Below are positions 31,483 to 41,713 of a stretch of 64,000 bases of DNA, one piece after another. A model generated the notes under the pieces. It was not told the origin of the DNA. It worked only from the letters and a program-made list of their open reading frames with translations, and ran no database searches. The stretch is taken from contig CAVPIW010000005.1 of the NCBI GenBank assembly GCA_963705105.1, positions 448,001-512,000 of the forward strand, given 5' to 3'. Position 1 is the stretch's first letter; each line of letters opens with the position of its first letter. This stretch comes from an uncultured Nitrospiraceae bacterium. GTDB taxonomy: Bacteria; Nitrospirota; Thermodesulfovibrionia; Thermodesulfovibrionales; Dissulfurispiraceae. Both the position numbers and the translations under genes were made by a program.

Positions 31483-31890
31483 CTATCTGACAGATGTGAT
31501 CTGCACTGTCCCGCTGTCGATGAGCGTATTGTCGGAGCCATAGAGAAAAATGTCTCCCACCCCCGCCTCAATGTCAAACAGGATGATCAAAAGGTGCTGC
31601 CTGATGTGAAGATCGATCACGATTCCCGCCGGTGCGACGTATCCCGAGCCGTGGACCGGCGGACTGTCGACAGTCGTACGGCCGACGATCAGGGAGATGC
31701 CGGAGACATGAAAGAATTCCTTGCCGAAGTCGATGTCGAAGGATAGGTTTCGTATTTCCCGGCCCGCGTCATCGAGAAGGCCCGAAACCTCCCAGGCGAC
31801 GGTATACACCGGCTCGGCAAAGGCAATTGAGGCACCGAGCACGATACAGAGGACGAAAAGGAGACCCGAAAAAAGACTTGCTGCTTTCAT
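31483..31890 (-). CDS. Small secreted hypothetical protein
   Basis: RBS AAGGAGG; signal peptide MKAASLFSGLLFVLCIVLGASIAFA. Confidence 0.7.
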   Translation of the reverse strand: MKAASLFSGLLFVLCIVLGASIAFAEPVYTVAWEVSGLLDDAGREIRNLSFDIDFGKEFFHVSGISLIVGRTTVDSPPVHGSGYVAPAGIVIDLHIRQHLLIILFDIEAGVGDIFLYGSDNTLIDSGTVQITSVR

Positions 31891-32004
31891 TTTAATCCTC
31901 CTTACGTTGGTCCTGATTGACGAATACGCCGTCCGGGAATCTCCGCACACGGTGACGCCCGACGGACAATGCATCCCATCCCGGCGAGGAGATGCTCCCG
32001 AACC

Positions 32005-32100
32005 GTCATTCCTGCTTGTCCGGAATCTTTCTTTGTTCGGAAGGATTCCCAACGCCCCCGCATTATTTAATAATAATAAGTGCGGGGTTGCGGCAATGAC
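32005..32100. repeat. Family B REP-like palindrome
   Basis: gtcattcctgcttgtccggaatc...gattccc...gcggcaatgac. Confidence 0.8.
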
Positions 32101-32197
32101 GACCTGTCATGTTCTGCTCATGACGTGCCTAATACCTTTTACATACCACGAATCAAGCCGGCTGTCAACAGGAATTCCTGCGGGAGTATAATTTCAT

Positions 32198-34573
32198 ATG
32201 CACTTCAGACTCCTTCTTGCCATCGGCCTCTGCTCGGCAGCGAGCCTCGCCTTCGAGGTGAACCTCATGAGGGTCTTTTCCGTTACCCTCTGGTATCACT
32301 TCGCCTACATGATCATCAGTATCGCCATGCTCGGCATCGGGGCAAGCGGCACCGTGCTGTCTCTCTTTCCTGGAGTGAAGGACCTCGGCAGGCTTGGCTT
32401 GTACAGCCTGCTCTTCGGCCTGTCTGTGGCGCTCAGCTACGTCGTCTCCAACCTGATCCCCTTTGACCCCGTCGCCCTTGCCTGGTCGAAGACGCAGATC
32501 CTCTCCATCGGCTTGTACTATATCGTTCTGTCCTTTCCTTTCTTTTTCTTCGGTCTCATGATCGCGACGGCTCTCTCGTCACTGAGCGCCAAATCGGGCC
32601 TCATCTACGGCGCCGACCTGACCGGCGCCGGTCTCGGCTCCGTGGTGATCCTTGTGCTGCTCAACGTGCTTGCACCTGAGCGGGCGGTGTTCCTGCTCTC
32701 GCTTGCCGGCTTTCTGGCAGCCATCATTGTCTCGTCGAAGGGCACAAGAATTGCGGCTTCAATCTGCGCCTGTGCGGCGGTATTCATCCTCTTCACCGGC
32801 CCGGACTTCATCGCCCCCCGGATTTCTCCGTACAAGGGGCTCCAGGCCGCCCTGCGATTCCCCGGCGCCGAGCACCTGAAGACATACCACAGTCCCTTCT
32901 CGCGTGTCGATATATTCAGGAGTCCCTCTGTCCGCTTTGCTCCGGGGCTGAGCCTCCGGCATCTCGACGAACTGCCCGGGCAAACCGGCCTTGCCGTTGA
33001 CGGGGGTGACGTGAACGCCGTCACAGATGCACGGGGCGGAACGTCCCTGGCGTTCCTCAGGCGCCTGCCGTCAGCCCTCCCCTACGAGCTCGGCAAGGGG
33101 GACGATGTGCTCGTCATCGACCCGAAAGGGGGCCTCCAGGCCCTGGTGGCCGTTCTTTACGGGTGCCGGCGCATAGACAAAGTCGAGACGGACCCCCTCA
33201 TCGTCGGCATCATTCAGGGTGACCTCAGCGAATACTCCGGTGACATCTACGGAGACCGCACGTGGTCAGGTCTCGGGAGGTCCTGGCTGCGCGGAAGGAG
33301 CGACACCTTCGATATTGTCGATATATCACTCATGGGTGCGAACCCCGGCGGCACCTTCGGCATCGCCGAGGATTACCGGTTCACCGTCGAGGCCTTCAGG
33401 GAGTATCTCCTTCACCTGAAGAGGGACGGCATACTGGGCATCAGCCTCTATCTCATCCCTCCCCCGCGGATTGAACTGAGACTCGTCAGCTCCCTGATCG
33501 AGTCCATGGAGGGGCTCGGCATCGGGGACCCCTCCCGGCACATCGCCGTCATCAGGAGCTGGGGGACCATCAGCATCCTCGCCAAGCGGACACCTTTCAG
33601 CGATGAGGATATCTCAAGGATACGCCGATTCTGCGCGGACCGTCGCTTCGACATCGTTCACTATCATGGCATCGGGGAGGAGGAAACGAACAGGTACGTG
33701 CGGTCGGCGGGAAACGAATACTACCGCGTGTTCAGGGACCTTCTCGGCGCGGGGACGAGGTCAGTCTTCACGGAGCAGTATCTGTTCGACATCAGCCCGG
33801 TCCATGATGACAGGCCCTTTTTTCACCACTATCTGAGGATCAAAAACATGGGCAGGATATACGCCCTGATGGGTGAAAAGTGGAATTACTTCATAGAGGA
33901 GGGATACATCCTGCCGGCCCTTTTCCTGCAGGTGCTCGTCATCAGTATCGTGATCATCCTTCTGCCGCTGCTCCGCAGAAAAGCGACGCCGGCAACTCCC
34001 CGCCCCGGATCGTGGTTCCTGCTGTACTTCGCCTTTCTCGGCACGGGGTTCATGTTCGTTGAGATCCCCCTCATCCAGAAGACGATCCTCCCTCTCGACT
34101 ACCCGCCCTATGCCGTTGCGGTCGTGCTTTCGGCGGTGCTCATCGGATCTGGCGCCGGGAGCGTCATGAGCCACCGTGTGCCGGCCCTCGGCAGGCCGTC
34201 CTCCGTTATCGTGACCGCGATTCTCGCTGCCGCCTATGGTGTCCTGTTGCCGCACATCACCGATGCAACAGGGTCAATTTCTCTGTCCGTGAAAATACCC
34301 CTGACCTTTATCATGTTCCTGCCGCTCGGTTTTTTTATGGGCATTCCTTTCCCCCTCGGGATAAAAATTCTCGGCGCCGCCCGGGAGCAGGACCTTCCCT
34401 GGGCCTGGGCGATCAATGGCTGCGTCTCAGTCCTCGCCCCGCTGCTGACGATCATGCTCGCCATGGCGGCCGGGTTCACTCTCGTCCTGTGGGCAGGCGC
34501 TGTATGCTATCTCTGCGCCTTCTGCCTGCTGCTGCTTTTCCGGAGAAAGTCATACGCTGAAATCAGTCGATAG
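32198..34573 (+). CDS. Polytopic membrane protein with a central spermidine-synthase-like SAM-binding domain
   Basis: N-terminal TMs (WYHFAYMIISIAMLGIGASG), TVEAF..YL.HL..DG, DDRPFF, C-terminal WAWAING. Confidence 0.8.
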   Translation: MHFRLLLAIGLCSAASLAFEVNLMRVFSVTLWYHFAYMIISIAMLGIGASGTVLSLFPGVKDLGRLGLYSLLFGLSVALSYVVSNLIPFDPVALAWSKTQILSIGLYYIVLSFPFFFFGLMIATALSSLSAKSGLIYGADLTGAGLGSVVILVLLNVLAPERAVFLLSLAGFLAAIIVSSKGTRIAASICACAAVFILFTGPDFIAPRISPYKGLQAALRFPGAEHLKTYHSPFSRVDIFRSPSVRFAPGLSLRHLDELPGQTGLAVDGGDVNAVTDARGGTSLAFLRRLPSALPYELGKGDDVLVIDPKGGLQALVAVLYGCRRIDKVETDPLIVGIIQGDLSEYSGDIYGDRTWSGLGRSWLRGRSDTFDIVDISLMGANPGGTFGIAEDYRFTVEAFREYLLHLKRDGILGISLYLIPPPRIELRLVSSLIESMEGLGIGDPSRHIAVIRSWGTISILAKRTPFSDEDISRIRRFCADRRFDIVHYHGIGEEETNRYVRSAGNEYYRVFRDLLGAGTRSVFTEQYLFDISPVHDDRPFFHHYLRIKNMGRIYALMGEKWNYFIEEGYILPALFLQVLVISIVIILLPLLRRKATPATPRPGSWFLLYFAFLGTGFMFVEIPLIQKTILPLDYPPYAVAVVLSAVLIGSGAGSVMSHRVPALGRPSSVIVTAILAAAYGVLLPHITDATGSISLSVKIPLTFIMFLPLGFFMGIPFPLGIKILGAAREQDLPWAWAINGCVSVLAPLLTIMLAMAAGFTLVLWAGAVCYLCAFCLLLLFRRKSYAEISR

Positions 34574-34648
34574 TCAGCAGTCGACAGTCTGAGCCGGACG
34601 CCGAAGAGGCCGACGGGGAGGCGAGGATGAAATCTTCACAACCAAGAA

Positions 34649-34854
34649 TAAACCTTATCGTTGCATACGCTTTCCGGAAAGGCGGGGCGAAGCGCCTCAA
34701 AGCCTTGCTGAAGGCGACGATACGCATTGTCATCTTCGTGTTTCAGGATTCCACTCTTTGTGTCATCGACCATTGGCTTATAGTTCGTCTTTCCTTTTGA
34801 TACAGGTGTCGCCGCAGCAAGGTTTTCGGCGCATACGCCCCGCCTTTCGGTGCA
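34649..34854 (-). repeat. Family A full copy A4 (interior on the minus strand, outer ends swapped)
   Basis: The interior is the reverse complement of A1/A7, while the left flank taaaccttatcgttgca...ccggaaaggcggggcg reads on the plus strand. Confidence 0.9.
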
Positions 34855-34869
34855 TTTGCCAAAATGGTC

Positions 34870-34917
34870 CTCATCATCGCATTGGAAAGGCCTTGAACCA
34901 TATCTGCCTTCCCGGAG
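34870..34917 (-). repeat. Family C hairpin repeat abutting A4
   Basis: Reverse complement ctccgggaaggcagatatggttcaaggcctttccaatgcgatgatgag. Confidence 0.8.
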
Positions 34918-34954
34918 GAGTAGCACATAACCGGTGAGAATTGACACTGAGAAA

Positions 34955-35698
34955 TCAACGTTTCTGGGCCTCGCCGATCATCGGCACGAAGGCCACCGGA
35001 GCGATCTGTTCCAGTTCGATCTCTCCCTTTTTCTTGATCCCCAGCGTCAGCATCTGGTAGAAAACGGTGCTGCCGAGGGGAATGATCAGCCTGCCGCCTT
35101 CTTTCAACTGTTTGATGAGCGGCGGCGGGATATGGTTTGCCGCGGCCGTTATGATGATCGCATCAAAGGGGGAGTTTTCAGGCCACCCCTCGTAGCCGTC
35201 GCCGTGCCGCACCCTGACATTCCTGTACCCGAGGTCTCTCAGTCTCTTGTCCGCAACCGCTGCGAGGGACTTCCGTATCTCGATCGTGCTGACGTCCTGC
35301 ACGATTTCCGCCAGCACGGCGGCCTGATATCCCGAGCCCGTCCCGATTTCGAGCACCCTGTCGGAAGGCTTCAACTTCAGGGTCTCCGTCATGAGGGCGA
35401 CGATGTAAGGCTGGGAGATGGTCTGTCCCTCCCCGATCGGCAGGGGATGATCGGCATAGGCTTTATCCCTCACATCCTCGCCGACGAAGAGGTGCCTGGG
35501 CACCTTCCTCATCGTGTCGAGCACACGAACGTCCCTAATACCCCTTCCCTTGATGTCCCGCTCGACCATGGACAGCCGCTTCGGGAGGTAAAGGTCCTGT
35601 GCAACCGCCTGGACTGCAAAAAGGACGAGCAGGATCGCCGCGAAAAGAGAGATCACGTGTCCCCGGCAGTTGCTCCGATGTCCTGTCCCGCGAGTCAT
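34955..35698 (-). CDS. pcm: Protein-L-isoaspartate O-methyltransferase with a signal-like N-terminus (start uncertain)
   Basis: [34 protein letters not shown]. Confidence 0.95.
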   Translation of the reverse strand: MTRGTGHRSNCRGHVISLFAAILLVLFAVQAVAQDLYLPKRLSMVERDIKGRGIRDVRVLDTMRKVPRHLFVGEDVRDKAYADHPLPIGEGQTISQPYIVALMTETLKLKPSDRVLEIGTGSGYQAAVLAEIVQDVSTIEIRKSLAAVADKRLRDLGYRNVRVRHGDGYEGWPENSPFDAIIITAAANHIPPPLIKQLKEGGRLIIPLGSTVFYQMLTLGIKKKGEIELEQIAPVAFVPMIGEAQKR

Positions 35699-35847
35699 GA
35701 GAACCTCCGCTGCTCTTTTCCTCATTATACACCGACACACGCACGGGTTCTGAGACAGTTCCCGATCTGTCTCGTAAAAACAGCACCCTCACGCAAAGTC
35801 GCAAAGCGGGAAAGGATGAAATGAACCTGAAATGATCAATGTCTTTA

Positions 35848-35890
35848 TCAGCAAGGCCTTGAGGCGTTTCGCCCCGCCTTTTCATGCAAC
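35848..35890 (+). repeat. Family A partial copy A5 (right end)
   Basis: tcagcaaggccttgaggcgtttcgccccgccttttcatgcaac. Confidence 0.85.
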
Positions 35891-36062
35891 TATTGGGTCT
35901 ATTAGCGTTCTTCGTTGTGATTATTTTCAGTCGTTCTCAGTGATCTCTGTGTCCTCTGTGGCTGAATGGCCGTCTTAATCAAGTGTGCGTATTCGACGAT
36001 AATAATTGTGTATTTTCATGCAGGTTCACTCTCGTCTAAAAATGGTACAGGGAGAAAGAGAT

Positions 36063-37184
36063 ATGGGCACAGATAACGCTGTTTTTCTTGAAGTCATTGA
36101 GTGGTTCGACAAAACCGGCAAGGAGATGGTTCACCGCATACCGGAAAAGGGGTCCGGCGAAATCAAGTACGGCGCCCAACTCATCGTTCGCGAGAGCCAG
36201 GCCGCCGTCTTTTTCTATAACGGGAAGGCCTTTGACGCCTTCGGTGCGGGCAGGTTCACACTCAAGACGAACAACCTGCCCATCCTTACGAAGGTCATCA
36301 GCTTTCCCTGGGGGTTCACAAGTCCCCTCAGGGCCGAGGTCTACTTCATCAACATGAAGGTCTTCCCAAACCTGACCTGGGGCACCCGGGACCCCGTCGC
36401 CTTCAAGGACTCCGAACTGGGGCTCATCCGTCTCAGGGCCTTCGGCGTCTTCAACGTGCGGGTGACACAGCCGGTGTTGTTCGTCAATTCCCTCGTCGGC
36501 ACCCAGGGCATATACACGACGGAGGAGATCGGCGAGTACCTGAACAAGGTCATCGTCTCCCGTCTTAATGATTACCTGGGAGAAAACTTCGATTCGCTCC
36601 TCAGCCTGCCGGGACGGTACGAGTCCTTCGCGGAGGGATTACAGAAAAGGCTTCAGGACGACTTCAGCCATTTCGGCATCACGCTGACACAGCTCTTCAT
36701 CAATTCCATCACGCCGCCTGCGGAGGTCCAGAAGGCAATCGACGACAAGAGCAGGCTTGGTCTCTTCGACGACCTCGGCGGCCTCATGAAGATGAAGGCT
36801 GCCATGGCCTTCGAAAAGGCGGCGGAGCCGCAGGGAGAGGCGGGCGCCGGCATGGGCCTGGGCCTCGGTTTCATGGCGCCGGCCATGTTCTCGTCCTTCA
36901 CGGGGGAAACAGGCGCGGCGTCTCTGCGCGGGAAATACCGCTGCACCGATTGTGATCACCCGGTCCCGAAGGAGGCGCGGTTCTGCCCCCACTGCGGACA
37001 CCAGCTCCTGATCATCGACCAATGCTCATCATGCGGGAAAAACCTGCCGCCAGGCTCTAAATTCTGCCCCCGGTGCGGACGAAAGACCGATGAGCCGCAG
37101 CAGCCGAGGAAATGCGGTCAATGCGGATCGGAGAACCTTCCCGGCTCCGTTTTCTGCAACCAGTGCGGTGAAAAGCTCGCCTGA
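36063..37184 (+). CDS. SPFH/band-7 domain protein with C-terminal zinc ribbons
   Basis: [19 protein letters not shown], repeated CxxC...FCxxCG. Confidence 0.9.
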   Translation: MGTDNAVFLEVIEWFDKTGKEMVHRIPEKGSGEIKYGAQLIVRESQAAVFFYNGKAFDAFGAGRFTLKTNNLPILTKVISFPWGFTSPLRAEVYFINMKVFPNLTWGTRDPVAFKDSELGLIRLRAFGVFNVRVTQPVLFVNSLVGTQGIYTTEEIGEYLNKVIVSRLNDYLGENFDSLLSLPGRYESFAEGLQKRLQDDFSHFGITLTQLFINSITPPAEVQKAIDDKSRLGLFDDLGGLMKMKAAMAFEKAAEPQGEAGAGMGLGLGFMAPAMFSSFTGETGAASLRGKYRCTDCDHPVPKEARFCPHCGHQLLIIDQCSSCGKNLPPGSKFCPRCGRKTDEPQQPRKCGQCGSENLPGSVFCNQCGEKLA

Positions 37185-38445
37185 CGGGCAGTGGACCATC
37201 GAGCACCGCTGTCCTCAGTGCGGGGCTCCCGTGACGATGGAAGAATCGGACAAGGTGCTCTCCTGCGCCTTTTGCAGGGTCAGGCTTTTCGTCACGACAG
37301 GGGAATTTTTCCGCTACGTTCTCCCGGCGCCGGACCTCGCCCCGCAGGAGACCATCCTGGTTCCCTACTGGCGCTTCAGGGGCATGATGTTCACCCGTGA
37401 CGACACGGGCCTGCGCGACCAGGTGCTCGACTCGACAGCCCTGGGGACGCGAACCATGCCTTTGCCGCGCTCCCTCGGGATCAGGCCGCAGGCATTGCCG
37501 CTGCGATTCCTTCCTCCTGACTGGCTGGGAGGCATGCTGAGCGCCGACATCCCGTTGCAGGAGGCGCTCAAGAATGTGTACAAGAGTTTTCCGGAGGCGC
37601 GAATTCCCCTTGAGGGTGACCAGCCGGCGGGGACGGAACATGAGCGACTCGTTGCCATGATCGGCGAATCGGTCAGCATGATTTACTCGCCTGTGTATAT
37701 CTCGAAGGGCAACCTCTGTGACGCCGTCCTGAAGGAACCCGTTGCCCCGGCTCCTGCGGGGATACTCGACAATGTCCTGCCTCATGGGGACGGAGAGAAA
37801 TGGAAAACAAGCTTTCTGCCTGCACTCTGCCCTGACTGCGGCTGGGACCTCAACGGGGACAGGAGGAGCCTCGTCCAGGTCTGTATGAAGTGCTCCGGCG
37901 CCTGGAGCGCCGCCGGCGGAGGATACCGGCGCATCGGCTACGGTACTGTTCTTCGGAGTGATGAAGAGGCGATCCTCGTCCCCTTCTGGAGCATCAGTGC
38001 CGATCTCACGGGAATCGAGCTGAAAACTTACGACGACCTGATGCGGTTGATGAACCTGCCCCGACAGCACGGGAGAGAAAGGGAGGACGACACACTTTCC
38101 TTCTGGATCCCGGCTTTCAAACTCAGGCCGGGCCTTTTCCTGAGGCTGGCGCGCCAGATGACGCTCCTTCAGGTCGCTGAGGACGGCAGGGAGGTACTGG
38201 AGGAGAAAAGGGTTCATGCCGTGACCCTCCCCGTCGAAGAGGCGATCGAATCCATTCGCATTCTCCTTGCCTCCCTGTCCCACCGCAGGGGATGGCTTTC
38301 CCGCTGCCTGAACGACGTATCCATCAAAATTAGAGCATACTCGCTGCTCTATGTCCCCTTCAGCCCGAAGGGCGCCGAGCTGGTGCAACCCGCCCTGCGG
38401 ATAGGGATGCCGCTGAAAGCCCTCGATCACGGCCTCAACATCTGA
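37168..38445 (+). CDS. Zinc-ribbon hypothetical protein coupled to the SPFH gene
   Basis: CPQCGAP...[18 protein letters not shown]...CMKC, VPFW; GTG start overlaps the upstream stop. Confidence 0.75.
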   Translation: MKSSPDGQWTIEHRCPQCGAPVTMEESDKVLSCAFCRVRLFVTTGEFFRYVLPAPDLAPQETILVPYWRFRGMMFTRDDTGLRDQVLDSTALGTRTMPLPRSLGIRPQALPLRFLPPDWLGGMLSADIPLQEALKNVYKSFPEARIPLEGDQPAGTEHERLVAMIGESVSMIYSPVYISKGNLCDAVLKEPVAPAPAGILDNVLPHGDGEKWKTSFLPALCPDCGWDLNGDRRSLVQVCMKCSGAWSAAGGGYRRIGYGTVLRSDEEAILVPFWSISADLTGIELKTYDDLMRLMNLPRQHGREREDDTLSFWIPAFKLRPGLFLRLARQMTLLQVAEDGREVLEEKRVHAVTLPVEEAIESIRILLASLSHRRGWLSRCLNDVSIKIRAYSLLYVPFSPKGAELVQPALRIGMPLKALDHGLNI

Positions 38446-38708
38446 CATCACGGGAAGCGCACCCCACGCAAAGCCGCAAAGCTCGCAAAGAAAACCACGA
38501 ATGATTTGCAAATTGCTGTTTCTCGATTCCTGTGCGATTTAGCCGGGATTTTCTTAGTCCCTCTCTGCGACCTCTGTGTCCTCTGTGGCAGAAAAGTCGT
38601 TTTGCCGTTCTTTACAGGGAAAACCAGTCTTTCGCAGCGCTCAGGTCTTTTTACTTTTGCCGGAAGAATATGTTAGAGTTGAAAAATTTTACCTCATAAG
38701 GAGATTGC

Positions 38709-39665
38709 ATGAAACGGCTGGTTCTACTGGGATTCATCGTGGTCATGATGATCGCGTGCTCAAAAACGGGCGACCAAAAAACAGGGACTTATGTTGCAAA
38801 AATAGACAATAAGACGATCACCGCCGAGGACGTCAAGACTGAGATGTCGAACCTCCCCGACGTGGCGAAGGATTTTTTCAAGGGTCCCGAGGGGACGTCG
38901 CGGTTTGTCAATGAGCTCGTCAATAAGGAGCTTCTGTACCTGGAGGCGAAGAAGAAGGGGTTCGACAAGGACAAGAATTTCGAGCGGAAAATGGAGGAGT
39001 TCAAAAAGATCCAGCTCATCAGCCAGTTGCTCGAAAAGGAGATCGGCGCCTCCCTCAAGGTGACCGAGCAGGATGTGCGGGAATACTACGACAAGCACAA
39101 AGACGAGTTCGTCCTGGGAAACCAGGTGCGCATCAGCCACATTCTCGTGAAGACGGAAGACGAAGCGAAGAAAGTCTTCGACCGGCTGAGACAGGGTGAA
39201 GACTTCGCAAAGGTTGCTGCGGCGACCTCGATGGACAAGGTATCCGCCAAGGCAGGCGGTGATATGGGTGTGTTCAAGCGCGGTGAACTGAACCGTGAGC
39301 TCGAAGAGGTCGCCTTCCGGCTGAGAAAGGGCGAGGTGAGCAGGCCCATCCCCCTGAAGGACGGCATCCACATCATCAAGGTGACCGATGTGAAGGGCAC
39401 CGCCATGGAATTCGACAAGGTCAAGAACATGATCAACCAGCGCCTCACGGCGGAAAAGCAGAAACAGACCTTCGAGAAATACCTGGAGGGGCTCAAGAAG
39501 ACCTATAAGATCGACATCAACAAGGAAGCCGTCGCAAAGATGAGCGCCGAACCCCTGAAGCCGGAAGCGGCGAAACCGGAAATGCCGAAACCGGAACCGC
39601 AGAAGCCGGCGGCCCCGAAACCTGAGCCGGCAAAGCCTGAACCGCCGAAACCACAGCCGAAATAA
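38709..39665 (+). CDS. PpiC-type peptidyl-prolyl isomerase lipoprotein with a Pro/Lys/Glu-rich tail
   Basis: Lipobox IAC; SHILVKTEDEA, GEDFAKVA, GGDMG, GIHIIKV. Confidence 0.9.
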   Translation: MKRLVLLGFIVVMMIACSKTGDQKTGTYVAKIDNKTITAEDVKTEMSNLPDVAKDFFKGPEGTSRFVNELVNKELLYLEAKKKGFDKDKNFERKMEEFKKIQLISQLLEKEIGASLKVTEQDVREYYDKHKDEFVLGNQVRISHILVKTEDEAKKVFDRLRQGEDFAKVAAATSMDKVSAKAGGDMGVFKRGELNRELEEVAFRLRKGEVSRPIPLKDGIHIIKVTDVKGTAMEFDKVKNMINQRLTAEKQKQTFEKYLEGLKKTYKIDINKEAVAKMSAEPLKPEAAKPEMPKPEPQKPAAPKPEPAKPEPPKPQPK

Positions 39666-39670
39666 GAGAC

Positions 39671-39697
39671 AAGAGGGGGAGCGTTGCTCCCCCTCTT
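39671..39697. terminator. Hairpin after the PPIase gene
   Basis: Perfect 12-bp stem aagagggggagc-gtt-gctccccctctt; weak U-tract. Confidence 0.6.
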
Positions 39698-39901
39698 CAT
39701 TTGCTGCCGACCCGATCCCCGATTGCCCCGCTCCTGATCGTTTCATGGGTCAACCTCGCGGTATTTTGGTCTGATACCGGCCTCCCGTGATCGATTTAGT
39801 CGACCATCTCAATTGTATACAAGTTTGCTTCAGACGCAAATAAGACGCAATTCAATGCCCAATTGCTGCTTTAATTGTTTCAGACGCAAATAGGACGCAA
39901 T

Positions 39902-41599
39902 TCATCTTTTCGGGACGAGGTGCCATTGCGCGCCTTTTCCATGACCCTGACATCTGACATCACCTTCTCGTCTGAGTTCCGACATCAATTTGAAGACCTG
40001 ATTTCTCGTTAGATCTCCTATTTGACTGATCTCCTTATTGCTCAGAGGCCGGTCTTTCAAAATGCTCAAAACTCTCACTTTGATCGCCTCGGCATCAAGC
40101 GTTCTGTCCCTGTCATAAGATATGCCATCGACAAGCATTTTATGAGCGGCCATAGTGAGCTCAAAGAAACGCCCACGCCCCTTGCCGATAGACTTAATTG
40201 TCTCCATTCTTTCAAGCTCGGTCATGATCTCGTCCATGACTCTTTCAGGTCGCTGATAGCAAATTTCCTGAGCCTCCTGCAAAGTAATTCTTCTATGTCG
40301 CATGAGATAGTGAATAATAAGCAGGTGATCGGCGCTGAGGTCATACCCCTTATCACTCAAATAGCCGATCATATGACGATAACCTTTAGTGAGTTCACTG
40401 GCCGGCAAAATCATTCTTATCGTATTATGGTCTTCATAATATTCCGGCGGTTCTTTGCCTTCCATTAAGAGATTCCTGAATATCCTTGGAACTCCCATAT
40501 TGGATCTGTTTACAAGCCGTGTCTTTTGAAGGACTTCTACGAGTCTCTTATTGCGGGCAACCGGATCGTGATGAAGAATGTTCCTGGCCGTAACACCCCC
40601 GATAAACTTGCCGGGATTGCTGATTTCCAGTCTGTCCCTGTACTGCTTGACCAAGATAGGACCGGGTCTTGAAAAATCCCGATGAGAAAAGGCATTCATC
40701 AGCGCCTCTCTTAAAGCTTCCACGGGGAATACCGGATATTCATAATGAAAGAGACCGTCTTTAACGGTCTGCACCGTATTGCCTATATTGATCAGCTCCA
40801 TCAATCTGGAGACGGCGATCAGAATGCTGTTATGTCCGTCCTCGGGCAGGATCAACTCCGTATCGGACTTCATGCGCCTGAAAGACCATTCATAATGAGG
40901 AATGTGCTCATGTATGGACTCCTTTGATCCTACAAGAAGCAATCCCGCATGGCTGAGGTGATTGCCTTCTATACAGTCCAAGTTCTTCAGAAGTTCCTCG
41001 TCATTCAGCCTCAGAATATCCTCGGGCAGATGCTGCTTCTTCAGTTCAGATCGAAGCGTTTCTAATGCAGCAGGACTGATGAGATCGCGCCACATTCCTC
41101 TAACCTTATGTGCCGAGAAATCGAACTTGCCTGAGAGGATTTCTGCCTCCAACCTCATGCTCCCTGTTAATGCCTTGCAGTCCTTCCCTATTCTCTTCAG
41201 TCCCTTTCCGCTTGTGGTAGTGGCATAGGGAAATATAGGCAGAACATGCATCAACAACAGCCTGTTGCCGTGATACTCAAATGATTCAAAGCTTGGCGTC
41301 AAATGCGGGTCGGTACTGTCGTATACTGTCGATTGAAGCTTGAAAATATCCACTTCGGCCGGCACCCCCAAGACTGCGTTTTCGATGCCGACGACCCTAT
41401 CCCTGACGCCGAAAACAACCGAGCCGCCGCCTCCATTCGCCATGCAGACAGACATCTCGACAACTTCATCAATCGAGTCTCTCAGACTCTTGTAGTTCCA
41501 TTCTTTGAAGTCCAAGTGCTGGCCTTCAAGCTCATCTGCCTGCTTTTCGTTTAGCCGCTGCAACAAGGGAATGATTTCTTCTATGGTGAACAGTTTCAT
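39902..41599 (-). CDS. Schlafen/AlbA_2 + HATPase_c_4 + wHTH protein
   Basis: EGQHLDFKE, MANGGGG.VVFGV.D, ALREALMNAFSHRD, LEISNPG, ARN..L. Confidence 0.88.
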   Translation of the reverse strand: MKLFTIEEIIPLLQRLNEKQADELEGQHLDFKEWNYKSLRDSIDEVVEMSVCMANGGGGSVVFGVRDRVVGIENAVLGVPAEVDIFKLQSTVYDSTDPHLTPSFESFEYHGNRLLLMHVLPIFPYATTTSGKGLKRIGKDCKALTGSMRLEAEILSGKFDFSAHKVRGMWRDLISPAALETLRSELKKQHLPEDILRLNDEELLKNLDCIEGNHLSHAGLLLVGSKESIHEHIPHYEWSFRRMKSDTELILPEDGHNSILIAVSRLMELINIGNTVQTVKDGLFHYEYPVFPVEALREALMNAFSHRDFSRPGPILVKQYRDRLEISNPGKFIGGVTARNILHHDPVARNKRLVEVLQKTRLVNRSNMGVPRIFRNLLMEGKEPPEYYEDHNTIRMILPASELTKGYRHMIGYLSDKGYDLSADHLLIIHYLMRHRRITLQEAQEICYQRPERVMDEIMTELERMETIKSIGKGRGRFFELTMAAHKMLVDGISYDRDRTLDAEAIKVRVLSILKDRPLSNKEISQIGDLTRNQVFKLMSELRREGDVRCQGHGKGAQWHLVPKR

Positions 41600-41713
41600 T
41601 GAATACCCCTCCAGCATTCCTCAACAGCCACAGACTTCCATAATTTATCGGTTATGCAAACTGTAGTATCCTGTCAATGAAGGCACCCCGGCAGCGGCTG
41701 GCCTCGCAGTCGC

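Noticed and set aside
39550..39662. 15-bp-period repeats at the PPIase 3' end
   Set aside because: An ordinary Pro/Lys/Glu low-complexity tail.
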